Virus record (IMG/VR): IMGVR_UViG_3300005805_000046 | Location: 1-64,000 of that record | Source: a virus | Strand: one strand, 5' to 3' | Length of the DNA: 64,000 nucleotides | Shown here: in pieces, positions 29,190-38,600 of the stretch | Layout of the letters: the number at the start of each line of letters is the position of its first letter | Numbering within the stretch: position 1 is the first letter of the stretch | Program-made: the position numbers and the translations under genes | The notes under the pieces: generated by a model | Told to the model about the DNA's origin: nothing | The model's database searches: none | Seen by the model: only the letters and a program-made list of their open reading frames with translations

Positions 29190-29479
29190 TATTGTTTACT
29201 CGTTTTGATTTTGCACTGACCATCTTCACATTCGGACTGACTCATACCTTCGTCCGGTTCGCAATAGCCACAATCGACTTTTTTAATTCTGTCGCCACTC
29301 ATATACCATCCTTTGCCTTTGCAAACGGGGCAGTCTTTTCTTTTGTATTTTTTTGTATTCTCAACGCTTTTTGCTTTGATAATAGCTCCAGATAAAGTTA
29401 CTACTGCGGTTGTTGATCCATAATAAGATGAACCAAATAGCATAGTATAGACTACTAAACCAGAAATTAGCTTATTCAT
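29189..29479 (-). CDS. Secreted/membrane protein with DnaJ-like CxxCxGxG motif
   Basis: CPVCKGKG...CGYC; start MNKLIS overlaps the upstream stop. Confidence 0.6.
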   Translation of the reverse strand: MNKLISGLVVYTMLFGSSYYGSTTAVVTLSGAIIKAKSVENTKKYKRKDCPVCKGKGWYMSGDRIKKVDCGYCEPDEGMSQSECEDGQCKIKTSKQ

Positions 29480-29655
29480 TATTTTCTCCACGGAAGTGGA
29501 AGGATATCTATGATTTTCTTAAGAGGTTTTGGTCTAACGGGTTTAGAGGGATTGTTTACGGGTGTTTTATCCGCAAAAATTTTAGCTAAACGAACCAAAA
29601 GATCAGCTATAATAGAAATTAGCCTGTTTAAAGCAATTTTATCAATAAGTCTCAT
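29479..29655 (-). CDS. Small basic Pro-rich protein (58 aa, not in the ORF track)
   Basis: MRLIDKIALNRL...PLPWRK; TAATG coupling to the next gene. Confidence 0.6.
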   Translation of the reverse strand: MRLIDKIALNRLISIIADLLVRLAKIFADKTPVNNPSKPVRPKPLKKIIDILPLPWRK

Positions 29656-29709
29656 CGGTTAACCCTTTTTAAAAAAGGACTTTTCTAATACTATTTAGAT
29701 ACACCGATT

Positions 29710-30636
29710 TTATAGATAGCTATCAAAACCATAGTCTGGTAGTTTTTGTAGGGGAAAGCCGTTGAAACTAGAGAACGAGTATGACCCGTTTTGTTTCAAC
29801 ATGCCTTCGGCCACATCGGAATGGATTAGGAAAGAGCCATCTGGTATTGGACCCCACTCTGGATGTCCACCATCATTCCATTTACCCCAGCTATTTTGTA
29901 CTAAAAAGCTTGTGTCTCCACCGGTGTCATCACAAGCAATAAAAGCCATACAATGAGCCCAGCTTCCGCTAGTTCTAGAGTAGCCCTTACTATCTCTTTT
30001 ATTACTAAATCCATAATTAGAACAAACAGCTATTCCATATCCATTAGCTAGAGCATCGCGAGCTTCTTCTACTGTTCTTACCAGCGAAGCTGTTTTAATT
30101 TGATGATCATTGGCCAGATCTATTACCGCATCTGGAACGCCTCGACCGCCCCATCCAGCACCAAGCATACCATTATATTTAGTAAGGTCTACTATGCCTT
30201 TATAATTTTGTCTAACAAGAATTCCTCCAATTTTACTAACAAACTCGGCAGCCTTACTACCAGTCATACCTTCGCCGCTCCATCCTCTACTACCATAAAT
30301 AGCTTCAGTAGCACCTCTTGCTATCCATGCTTCTCTTTCTCCTCCAACGTGTATTTCTACAGCCCTGCTAATATCGCAAGCATTTCTTGTTCCATGACTT
30401 ACGCAATCCCCAGTAACCTGTCTTTCTTCATATGGTTTTTTATCAAACTGGTATACAGATTTATATGGTAGACTTAGTTTATTTTTACCTGTTCCCGTAA
30501 TTCTTCTACTAGCATCACCAAATAAAGGATATTTCAATATTTCCATTAAGTGGTCAAACTCTTTTTGATTCCACAATGCACCTTCGTATCCCTGTCTATA
30601 TTTATTATACCATTCTTGTGGAGTTAATCTTGGCAT
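29710..30636 (-). CDS. Papain-like (C1) cysteine peptidase
   Basis: QVTGDCVSHG, WAHCM, VQNSWG supply Gln/Cys/His/Asn. Confidence 0.8.
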   Translation of the reverse strand: MPRLTPQEWYNKYRQGYEGALWNQKEFDHLMEILKYPLFGDASRRITGTGKNKLSLPYKSVYQFDKKPYEERQVTGDCVSHGTRNACDISRAVEIHVGGEREAWIARGATEAIYGSRGWSGEGMTGSKAAEFVSKIGGILVRQNYKGIVDLTKYNGMLGAGWGGRGVPDAVIDLANDHQIKTASLVRTVEEARDALANGYGIAVCSNYGFSNKRDSKGYSRTSGSWAHCMAFIACDDTGGDTSFLVQNSWGKWNDGGHPEWGPIPDGSFLIHSDVAEGMLKQNGSYSFSSFNGFPLQKLPDYGFDSYL

Positions 30637-31166
30637 TATTTACTAGCCTCATTATAAGCCCATGCGAGAGCATTAAAGCCTTCTACGGCTTTTACTCTTA
30701 GTTCTGGCGATAGGTTGATATTATCGTCACCAATAGCTGCCACAACCACCTCTTTTGACTCCTTAGCCAAGTCAGGGTATTTGCCCTTAATATCTAAACG
30801 CAACATAACCCCCGACAAACTATTAGCCTGACGAATTTCTTCGGTATTTTTAATAACAGTATCCTCACCATCCAGCTCGACCAATCTGCCCAAATCCAAC
30901 ATTAGATCTCTCAATCTCTTAAGGTCTGGTTTGGCAGCACTATAAGACTTTAATAGGGATACTACTTCTTCTGCCTCTTTTTTAATATTTGCTGCCGTTG
31001 GGGCTGGTAGCTCTAGAACATCTATCGCTACTGGTCTACTTGGCCACGATATCAAATTTGAAAGATCTGGTTTGATTAGGCCAATAATTATTAGAATAGT
31101 ACCAACAATTAATGCTAGGTTTTTTTTATTTAAGATCATGATACTGTTTCCTGCTTTTTGGCGCAC
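30636..31166 (-). CDS. Membrane-anchored protein
   Basis: N-terminal TM LALIVGTILIIIGLI. Confidence 0.6.
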   Translation of the reverse strand: MRQKAGNSIMILNKKNLALIVGTILIIIGLIKPDLSNLISWPSRPVAIDVLELPAPTAANIKKEAEEVVSLLKSYSAAKPDLKRLRDLMLDLGRLVELDGEDTVIKNTEEIRQANSLSGVMLRLDIKGKYPDLAKESKEVVVAAIGDDNINLSPELRVKAVEGFNALAWAYNEASK

Positions 31167-31537
31167 ACATTTGGAGATAAAAATGGAAACATTTGATCTG
31201 CAACTTTTACTGCTTCGACACAGCCGCTTTTTACTGCTAGGTCTCTTGTTTGCTTCCAGCTAACAACTAATTTAAAGAAAACATCTTCATTGTTTTTCGG
31301 CTCAACATCCACCACGGGCTTAGTTACCACAGGTAGTGCTGTATCGACCGATTGTGCTGGTGCGCCTGGGATCAAAACGCCCCGTATCTTTTCTGTTAAA
31401 CTTAGAACCAATTTTTGTACAGGGCTTAGTTTATCCCTAAACAAAACCCACAGTACTAAACCCACACCGGCATATAATGCCAAATCCATGGTTGTTAATT
31501 TGCTCGCAAACTGATCAAAGCTTTCTGTAAAATTCAT
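31136..31537 (-). CDS. Membrane protein
   Basis: TM LALYAGVGLVLWVLF. Confidence 0.6.
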   Translation of the reverse strand: MNFTESFDQFASKLTTMDLALYAGVGLVLWVLFRDKLSPVQKLVLSLTEKIRGVLIPGAPAQSVDTALPVVTKPVVDVEPKNNEDVFFKLVVSWKQTRDLAVKSGCVEAVKVADQMFPFLSPNVCAKKQETVS

Positions 31538-31555
31538 TGTTTTTTCCTTTATTTA

Positions 31556-31993
31556 TTATCTGTCTGAAACCTTGGGCTTGGCGTCCATAAATGCGTTTAC
31601 TTTTACACTGGAGTCAACAAACACACCAGTATTTCTAAAAGTTGTTACCATAGCATCAATTGTTGAGCTAACAAGTATCATCAAGAAACTTTTGACATAC
31701 TTATGTATAATAGGTTCAACCAGATTAGGAACAAAGGGAATGTCTACAATTATGAAAACACTATCATAAAATTTACTTAATAATTCCATTGCAATAACTT
31801 TTTTATCTTTGCCAGCTAAATCTGTTGCTGTATTTTCTATTACCTGAATAGTACTGGCTACTGCTAATTGTAGTATTTTCCAGGCCTGAGCTATTGCTAC
31901 TGTTTTAACTTCGTTAAGAGATAATTTGGCCTGAACTATTAATTTATCAATTTCTGGAGCTATTAGATTTTTGATACTAGATGTTTCTGACAT
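31556..31993 (-). CDS. Hypothetical protein
   Basis: AAGGAG RBS; GKDKKVIA...DIPFVPNLVEP. Confidence 0.6.
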   Translation of the reverse strand: MSETSSIKNLIAPEIDKLIVQAKLSLNEVKTVAIAQAWKILQLAVASTIQVIENTATDLAGKDKKVIAMELLSKFYDSVFIIVDIPFVPNLVEPIIHKYVKSFLMILVSSTIDAMVTTFRNTGVFVDSSVKVNAFMDAKPKVSDR

Positions 31994-32030
31994 AGTTTTT
32001 CTCCTTTATATAGGAATACACCAAAATGGC

Positions 32031-32351
32031 CTATTGTGCTTTGGGGGTTCTTCTTTTTGTTGATCTGGGTTTCTGTTTGCGAGCATTAGTCCTATTGGCT
32101 TCTTTTCTTTCGTTTTCGGTGGCTGTGCTCCACCAAGTTTGTTTGAGATTTGTTCGTCCGTTAATATATTTAAATAATACGGTTAGTTGTCCAATAATTA
32201 GTATAGTAGCTTCTAAACCTCTGCTAGTTTCTGCTATTAAATCTTCTTTTTGGCTATGATCATCTAATATTCCTATTAGATATAATCCACTAAATAAAAA
32301 GCTTACCAGAGTAAACCAGAATTCACTAGTACGATAACCAGGTTTAATCAT
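32031..32351 (-). CDS. Putative holin-like membrane protein
   Basis: KPGYRTSEFW start, two TM segments, basic C-terminal tail. Confidence 0.5.
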   Translation of the reverse strand: MIKPGYRTSEFWFTLVSFLFSGLYLIGILDDHSQKEDLIAETSRGLEATILIIGQLTVLFKYINGRTNLKQTWWSTATENERKEANRTNARKQKPRSTKRRTPKAQ

Positions 32352-32400
32352 TGTGCATCTCCTATATAATAATACTTAATATATAATTAATACACTTTTA

Positions 32401-34677
32401 TTATATAATTTGAATAGAGTTTACGGTATTGTTTACATTAAAATTAAAAGCTGTATCTATTGTTCCATTGATATTTAATCTAACTAATCCTAATTTTCTG
32501 TAGCCAAACGACAAGTCTTTTCCTATTCCTGCGCATATTATTTTGCCGTTTTTTTGTAATGCCACATCACATATAGTATTAATAATCATGTTGGAAAAAC
32601 TACTATCTAAAGACCCGTCGGTATTTAACCGTATAATTCTACCAATGTCAATGTTGTTGTATTTATTATAATCATTATATGCACAGATTATTTTATCATC
32701 ATTTTGAATGATAATTTTTGAACAGGGCATGTTCGTTCCTGACGGCCCCACAAATGTAGAAGTAAAACCAGTACCAACAATAAAAGACGTGTCGATTGCT
32801 CCGTTATCATGAAGGCGTACTATTCCTTTGGAAGAAATATTGTTGTAATTACTAAAAGAGCCGCCACAAAGTATTTTACCGTCTTTTTGTAAAGTTAATG
32901 CTGTAACTCTGCCATCAAAGCCTGAACCTATACTAAAACTAGTATCAATAGTACCGTTGGTATTTAGTTTTACTATTCTATTAGATGTCAATCCGTTATA
33001 ATTGGTAAAAGTTCCACCAGCTATGATTTTACCATCATTGAGTATTACGATACAGTCTACTCGACCATTAAACCCGGAACCAGTATTAAAGCTATTATCT
33101 GTAGATCCATCGGCATTAAGACGAACAATATTAAATGCTCCCGCACATAATATTTTGTTATCTGGTTGAACCAATAATGTTGACATATTGCCAATTTTTG
33201 AACTCAAAACAGAATCAGTTATGAAATTATTATCTATAGTACCGTCAATATTTATACGAACTATATCTCCGGTTATTTGAGTATTATTATATCTATTAAA
33301 GGTACCAGCACATACGAATTTTCCATCATGTTGCTTAACTATACAACAAACCCCTGGGGGTTTAAACTCTAGTCCTCCTATGGATGTTGCGTTAACTGTG
33401 TTATTAAAACCAGAGCCTATATTAAAATTATTATTAATTAATCCTTGATTGTAAATATTTATTATTCTATTAATTTGTGTTTTATTGTAATATAAAAAAC
33501 TACCACAACAAATAATTGAGGAACCAGTATCTATTATGTTTAATATCGATCCTCCAAATAGCTGTCCTCGAAAACTTAGGTCTATAGACCCGTCTGTGTT
33601 TAGGCGACATATGCTGTTCGTTTCATTGTTTTTATACGAAGTAAAAACTCCTCCTAATAATATTTTTCCATTGTTTTGTATTAATACTTTATCTACAGTA
33701 TTATTAAAACCTGTTAAACTCGAAGAGCCAACATCGAAGGTATTATCTATAGATCCATTACTATTTAAACGAATAATATTGTTAATAATAACTTCTTGGT
33801 ATTGTGTCATTCTACCAACACAAATAATTTTACCATCGCTTTGAATAGCAGCATCATTTACTGATGGAGACCCAAACGAGCCCACAAAACCATTACCAAC
33901 AACAAAGCTATTGTCTATAGACCCATCATTATTTAATCTTATAATTCCACTACTAGAAATATTATTATAGGACGTAAAGTTTCCTACGCATAATATTTTT
34001 TGATCATTTTGAATGATAATTTTTGAGGGTGACGGAGAATTACCAAGCGTTGTAGTACCAGAAAATCCACTACCACTCATAAAACTGTTGTCTATGGTTC
34101 CGTTAGGATGAATTCTTACTATGCGTCCGCATGATACGTTATTATACATAGTAAATGATCCGACACAAATCATTTTGCCATCACTCTGTATAGCCACATC
34201 ACTTACTGCGTCATTAAAACCGCTGCCTACAACAAAACTACTATCTAAAGAACCATCAGCATTTAGTCTTGCCATTCTAGTAATAGATATTGAATTATAT
34301 GAGGTAAAACCGCCCACACAAAGAATTTTTCCGTCGCTTTGTAGTTTTATGCTTGATATAGGGGAGTTAAAACCTTCTCCTGATGCAAAGCTGTTGTCTA
34401 TGGTGCCGTCTGTATTTAATCTAAATATGCTACTCATAAGCCATTCATGAAATGGCGACACATTGGATTCACCACAAAGAATTTTTCCGTCACTTTGATA
34501 GACCATAGAACGTACAGGCACATCAAATTTTGCCACAAAACTATTATTTATATTGCCACTATCATCAAATGATATTATCCTGGGGCTATCGCCTAGCTCT
34601 GCGATAAAGTTTCCTGCTACTATTAGTTCTTCAGTTTCAACAGCTGATAACTGAGTATTATTGCCGAATGCACACAT
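32401..34677 (-). CDS. Delta-60 repeat (beta-propeller) protein
   Basis: More than ten repeats of QSDGKI..G.FT.YN....I.RLN.DG.ID.SF. Confidence 0.9.
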   Translation of the reverse strand: MCAFGNNTQLSAVETEELIVAGNFIAELGDSPRIISFDDSGNINNSFVAKFDVPVRSMVYQSDGKILCGESNVSPFHEWLMSSIFRLNTDGTIDNSFASGEGFNSPISSIKLQSDGKILCVGGFTSYNSISITRMARLNADGSLDSSFVVGSGFNDAVSDVAIQSDGKMICVGSFTMYNNVSCGRIVRIHPNGTIDNSFMSGSGFSGTTTLGNSPSPSKIIIQNDQKILCVGNFTSYNNISSSGIIRLNNDGSIDNSFVVGNGFVGSFGSPSVNDAAIQSDGKIICVGRMTQYQEVIINNIIRLNSNGSIDNTFDVGSSSLTGFNNTVDKVLIQNNGKILLGGVFTSYKNNETNSICRLNTDGSIDLSFRGQLFGGSILNIIDTGSSIICCGSFLYYNKTQINRIINIYNQGLINNNFNIGSGFNNTVNATSIGGLEFKPPGVCCIVKQHDGKFVCAGTFNRYNNTQITGDIVRINIDGTIDNNFITDSVLSSKIGNMSTLLVQPDNKILCAGAFNIVRLNADGSTDNSFNTGSGFNGRVDCIVILNDGKIIAGGTFTNYNGLTSNRIVKLNTNGTIDTSFSIGSGFDGRVTALTLQKDGKILCGGSFSNYNNISSKGIVRLHDNGAIDTSFIVGTGFTSTFVGPSGTNMPCSKIIIQNDDKIICAYNDYNKYNNIDIGRIIRLNTDGSLDSSFSNMIINTICDVALQKNGKIICAGIGKDLSFGYRKLGLVRLNINGTIDTAFNFNVNNTVNSIQII

Positions 34678-34680
34678 ATT

Positions 34681-35616
34681 TTAATTCTTTGTTGGTTTTT
34701 TAATTTTTGGCTGAACAACACTTGCTGGAATAACCCCGTCTCCTACGCTATTAGCACTTACTGGAACCGGATCGCTATCGCTTTGAGTTGCATACTTCCA
34801 ATAACCCGGACCGGATCCGTTTTTATCGGGTGTGTAGTATGCGGCCTTATACCATTCATTTTCTGTTGGTATGTGATATTTTGCGTTAGCGTTTCTAGCC
34901 ACAGCATTTCCCGACACAGCTCCGTTTAAGGAATATGCTCCATCTTCTGTGGTGCTGTTATTTTGAGATCCAACCGGCCTATCATTGTGCAGCCAGTTGC
35001 AGTATCGTGCGCAATCAAACCAGCTAACAAAAACTACAGGCTTGTTGCTCATATTGGGTTTAGTGCTATAGGAATACGTTCCGCTACTGCCGCTGCGATT
35101 TATTCCACCGGGATTATCGCTACTCATACCAGTAGAGTATAAGTTATATGTGTCTGTAGCAGCAACAGAGTTAAGAAATTCAACATACTCGCTGTTAGTA
35201 ACAACATATTTAGCTATCCTGTAAACATAATTTACATTTCCATAGCCAGTAGTATGATTAAGGTTGTTAACGTCTCCTATCTCTACAAAGTTAGAAAAAT
35301 TTAAAGGGTTAAGGGACGATGCGAGACGAAAACCGATGTAGTTGCCCTCGCCCGACGGGTCGAACGTGGTCCTGATGGAGGACGACAAGTTGAACGCGTT
35401 GTCGTAACAGCTGCCGCCGCGGAGCCCACGAGACGGGCCGACTAATACATTCAAATCATTCCATTGAAATACATTTCCGCTCATATCATAAGTACCATAA
35501 AAGCTTGGTCCGCCGTTTGTGCCTACGGTCGTGACGTTGCCACTCATGTTATTCCATTTGGCACCACTGTTAAAGTTCGCGCTATTAATAATCTTATTAT
35601 TTGTTAAAAGACTCAT
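34681..35616 (-). CDS. FGE-sulfatase/C-type-lectin-fold protein, circularly permuted; candidate DGR target
   Basis: YDMSGNVFQW, RGGS and GFRLAS come before KYVVTNSEY, PVVFVSWFDCARYCNW and PTENEWYKAA. Confidence 0.85.
   Translation of the reverse strand: MSLLTNNKIINSANFNSGAKWNNMSGNVTTVGTNGGPSFYGTYDMSGNVFQWNDLNVLVGPSRGLRGGSCYDNAFNLSSSIRTTFDPSGEGNYIGFRLASSLNPLNFSNFVEIGDVNNLNHTTGYGNVNYVYRIAKYVVTNSEYVEFLNSVAATDTYNLYSTGMSSDNPGGINRSGSSGTYSYSTKPNMSNKPVVFVSWFDCARYCNWLHNDRPVGSQNNSTTEDGAYSLNGAVSGNAVARNANAKYHIPTENEWYKAAYYTPDKNGSGPGYWKYATQSDSDPVPVSANSVGDGVIPASVVQPKIKKPTKN
35313..35442 (-). other. Candidate DGR variable region (VR)
   Basis: 129 nt at ~64% GC in an AT-rich gene; NNC codons at variable positions and A-free codons at conserved positions, spanning RGG..GFRLAS. 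Confidence 0.65.
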
Positions 35617-35618
35617 AA

Positions 35619-38600
35619 TTAATTGGTTTTATTTCCTATATAGTGACCTTCAATTATGCTAGATCCTATTGCTCGTAATAGGAAAAGATGCGTACCAACC
35701 GATAATGCCCCGGCTGGTGGCTGATTAAACCAATCGTTCACAATAGTCCATGTTATGCTAGTAGCAGATGTTACGGTAATTCTTAAGATCACATCAGCGC
35801 TTAATGTGCCAATATCTGGCCAGTTAATTCCCTTGGTAAAGGTTGTTGCTGTTCCGTTTAGCGTTAATGTTTGAATCAATCGGTCTGTGCCAAAACTTAT
35901 AGCATTACTTCCAGAAACTGAACCCAAAGCTAATATAGAAGGATTCTCGGTTGTTGATACTACTATATTATCATTAATATTGTCATAAGTCAAAACTATG
36001 CCGTTTCCAGCAACAAGATCCGTAGAAACAATGTTGGAAACTGCTGTGTTAAAGTCGGTTATGGAACCTGAAGTATGGTTGTGGTTGGTTGGTGCTTTAC
36101 CATCTAACGCTGTTTGTAAGCCATCTACTGTGCTGATAGCTTGAGTGCCTGTGTGGTTGCTTCGCTGAACTGCAAAAGCCTGAGCGTTGTTTGCTTTTGT
36201 TGCGGCATCACTAGCAGCAGCACTTTGAACAGCACTATCCGCAGATGCTTGTGCGGTACTAACAGGTTTGTTAACGTCGCTTGTGTTGTCAACATTACCT
36301 AAACCTACCATGCTCTTGGTAATGCCACTAACAGTTCCCGTGAATGTCGGGCTATTGATGTTGGCCTTAAGATCGACATTCGCCTTCAGGCTCTTGAACG
36401 CCTGCTGAACAGTCGCGGCGCCGGCAATACCACTATCAATCTGGTTGTGATAGATGTTTCTGCTATCGTGCAACACTTCGAGTGCGTGCTGCACGTTGTA
36501 AGAAATTGCCGAGGTGCCAGCCACGGTCAAAGTAACATTAGCGTTGGTGGCCGTAGCGTTCGCGCTGATCGTTAACGTTGCACCGCTGATGGCCGTGATC
36601 GTGGTATTGGCCGGAATGCCAGTACCGGTGATCACATAGCCGACTTGGAAGTTGGCCGCAAGCACGCTGCCAACCGATGTGACCGTTACTTGGTTGCTTC
36701 CGCTTGTGATGCTGCCAGTGAAACCAAGACTGAAAGACAGCGGGAAACTCAACTGCTCGCACTGCCATGTGATCGAGCCGTCCACGACCGTACCGCCGAT
36801 TGTGGTTGGCCATGTGGGTGCTGTTGCGCCGCTACGGCCAATGCCAGTAGCGGTCACATTGCGATACTGATAGCCGTTACCGGGAAGCAGGATGCGATTG
36901 CGCACATACTGCGCATTCGCGGCCCAGCCAATCGCCGGATATCTAAATGTGACGCCCGATGAGCGCGCGGTAATAAACGCACTGCCGAGACCGGGCTGGG
37001 TATTCGTATTCCAACCGGGATGCGTATGGATAGCACCTTCGTTTAATGACAACGAAACTGGGTTGGGCTGAATATAACCGGCCGTATTGGAGTTACCAAA
37101 GAACGCTCCCTTGATCCACTTGGCGTTGGCCGCAGTGACCGCAACCGAAACATCGGGTCCGGTGTTCTCGTAGGACACGGTGTTGGCAGTCGGGAAGTCA
37201 ACGACCTTGGCGCCAAAATTAGGCGTATTGAACGAAGTGTTTTCAGTCACGCCATTGATGAGCACATACTGCTCACGCCAGTAGCCATCGGGAAGAATGT
37301 TGCGGCTTTGACCGTGATTCAACGACAGCGTAACCGTGGCAACATTGTTCGTTCTGGTGAACGATGTGGCCTTGATTTCGTTGTAGGCTGGCATGAACGT
37401 GGCGTCCATGTTGAAAACGCCGTGGCGGCCAGTTGAAAAAATGGACGCCCACGAGTGGAAAAATACTTGTTCGAGCGTATTGAACGCCACGTTGCCGATA
37501 ATGTTTCCGAACCCGTTGCCGCCAGTACTGTTTTGGCAATCCACGGCGTACAACGTGATGCCGTGAGTACCGGTGGCTTTAAGCGTGTCGAAAGTAGCAT
37601 TCTGGTACGCATACAGGTGCATCGTCGAGCCACCACTCGACGTGCTTGTTGCTTCGATCACGCCACGCACACCGCAGTTCGTCAGATGCACCTGATTAAA
37701 GCCTAAGGTGTCTACGGTGTGAACGGTCAAGTTGCCCTGAATGCCCACAAAACTGTGCTGGCCGTTATTGAACATTGGCCGATGATTCGAGCCGATCATG
37801 GCGAAAACAAAGTTGTTCAGTTCGCCGGAATCGAATGACAGGCTGGCCGAAGCATTCGTTGCTGTGGCAGTGTTGTTTAGCGTAATGGTGCTGCCATTGA
37901 TGGCCGTGATGACAGTATTGGTGGGCATGCCCGTGCCGGTCATAATCGTGCCAACCTTGAGTCGGCTGTAATTAACGTGCGATGTGCTAACAGTGATAGT
38001 GTTACTGCCGGTCGTAGTCGCGGAGGTAACGGTGTTCGTATTGCCGCCGGTCGTCGCGGGAACCACGTTCGCCGGACGACTCCACAAATAGTTGCCCTTA
38101 AGCGTGGCGCCACCGGTCACATCGAACACAACACCCGGGCGGAACGGAATATTTAATGTGCCGCCAGATTCTTCGTCATAAAAGCCCGGAGCAATACGGA
38201 AGCAATAGAAGCGCTTGGTCGTATCGTTCATGTCAGCGAGCGACGACGCGCTAGAAACAGACGCCAAAGCCGCACGCATGGTCTTAAATGGCTTGTATTG
38301 GCTGCCGTCCGCGGTATAGGTGTCGGTGCGACCATTGTCTACATAGATATTTTTAGTGCCGGGTTCGGAAAGTGAACTAAAGAGTTCCTCCGAGGTGTGA
38401 GTGTGGTTTGTTGCTGCTTTGCTATCTAACACTGTTTGCAAACCGTCTACTGTACCGATAGCTTGGGTTCCAGTATGATTGTTTCGCTGAACTGCAAAAG
38501 CCTGGGCGTTGTTTGCTTTTGTTGCGGCATCACTAGCAGCAGCACTTTGAACAGCACTATCCGCAGCGGCCTGTGCGGTACTAACAGGTTTGTTAACGTC

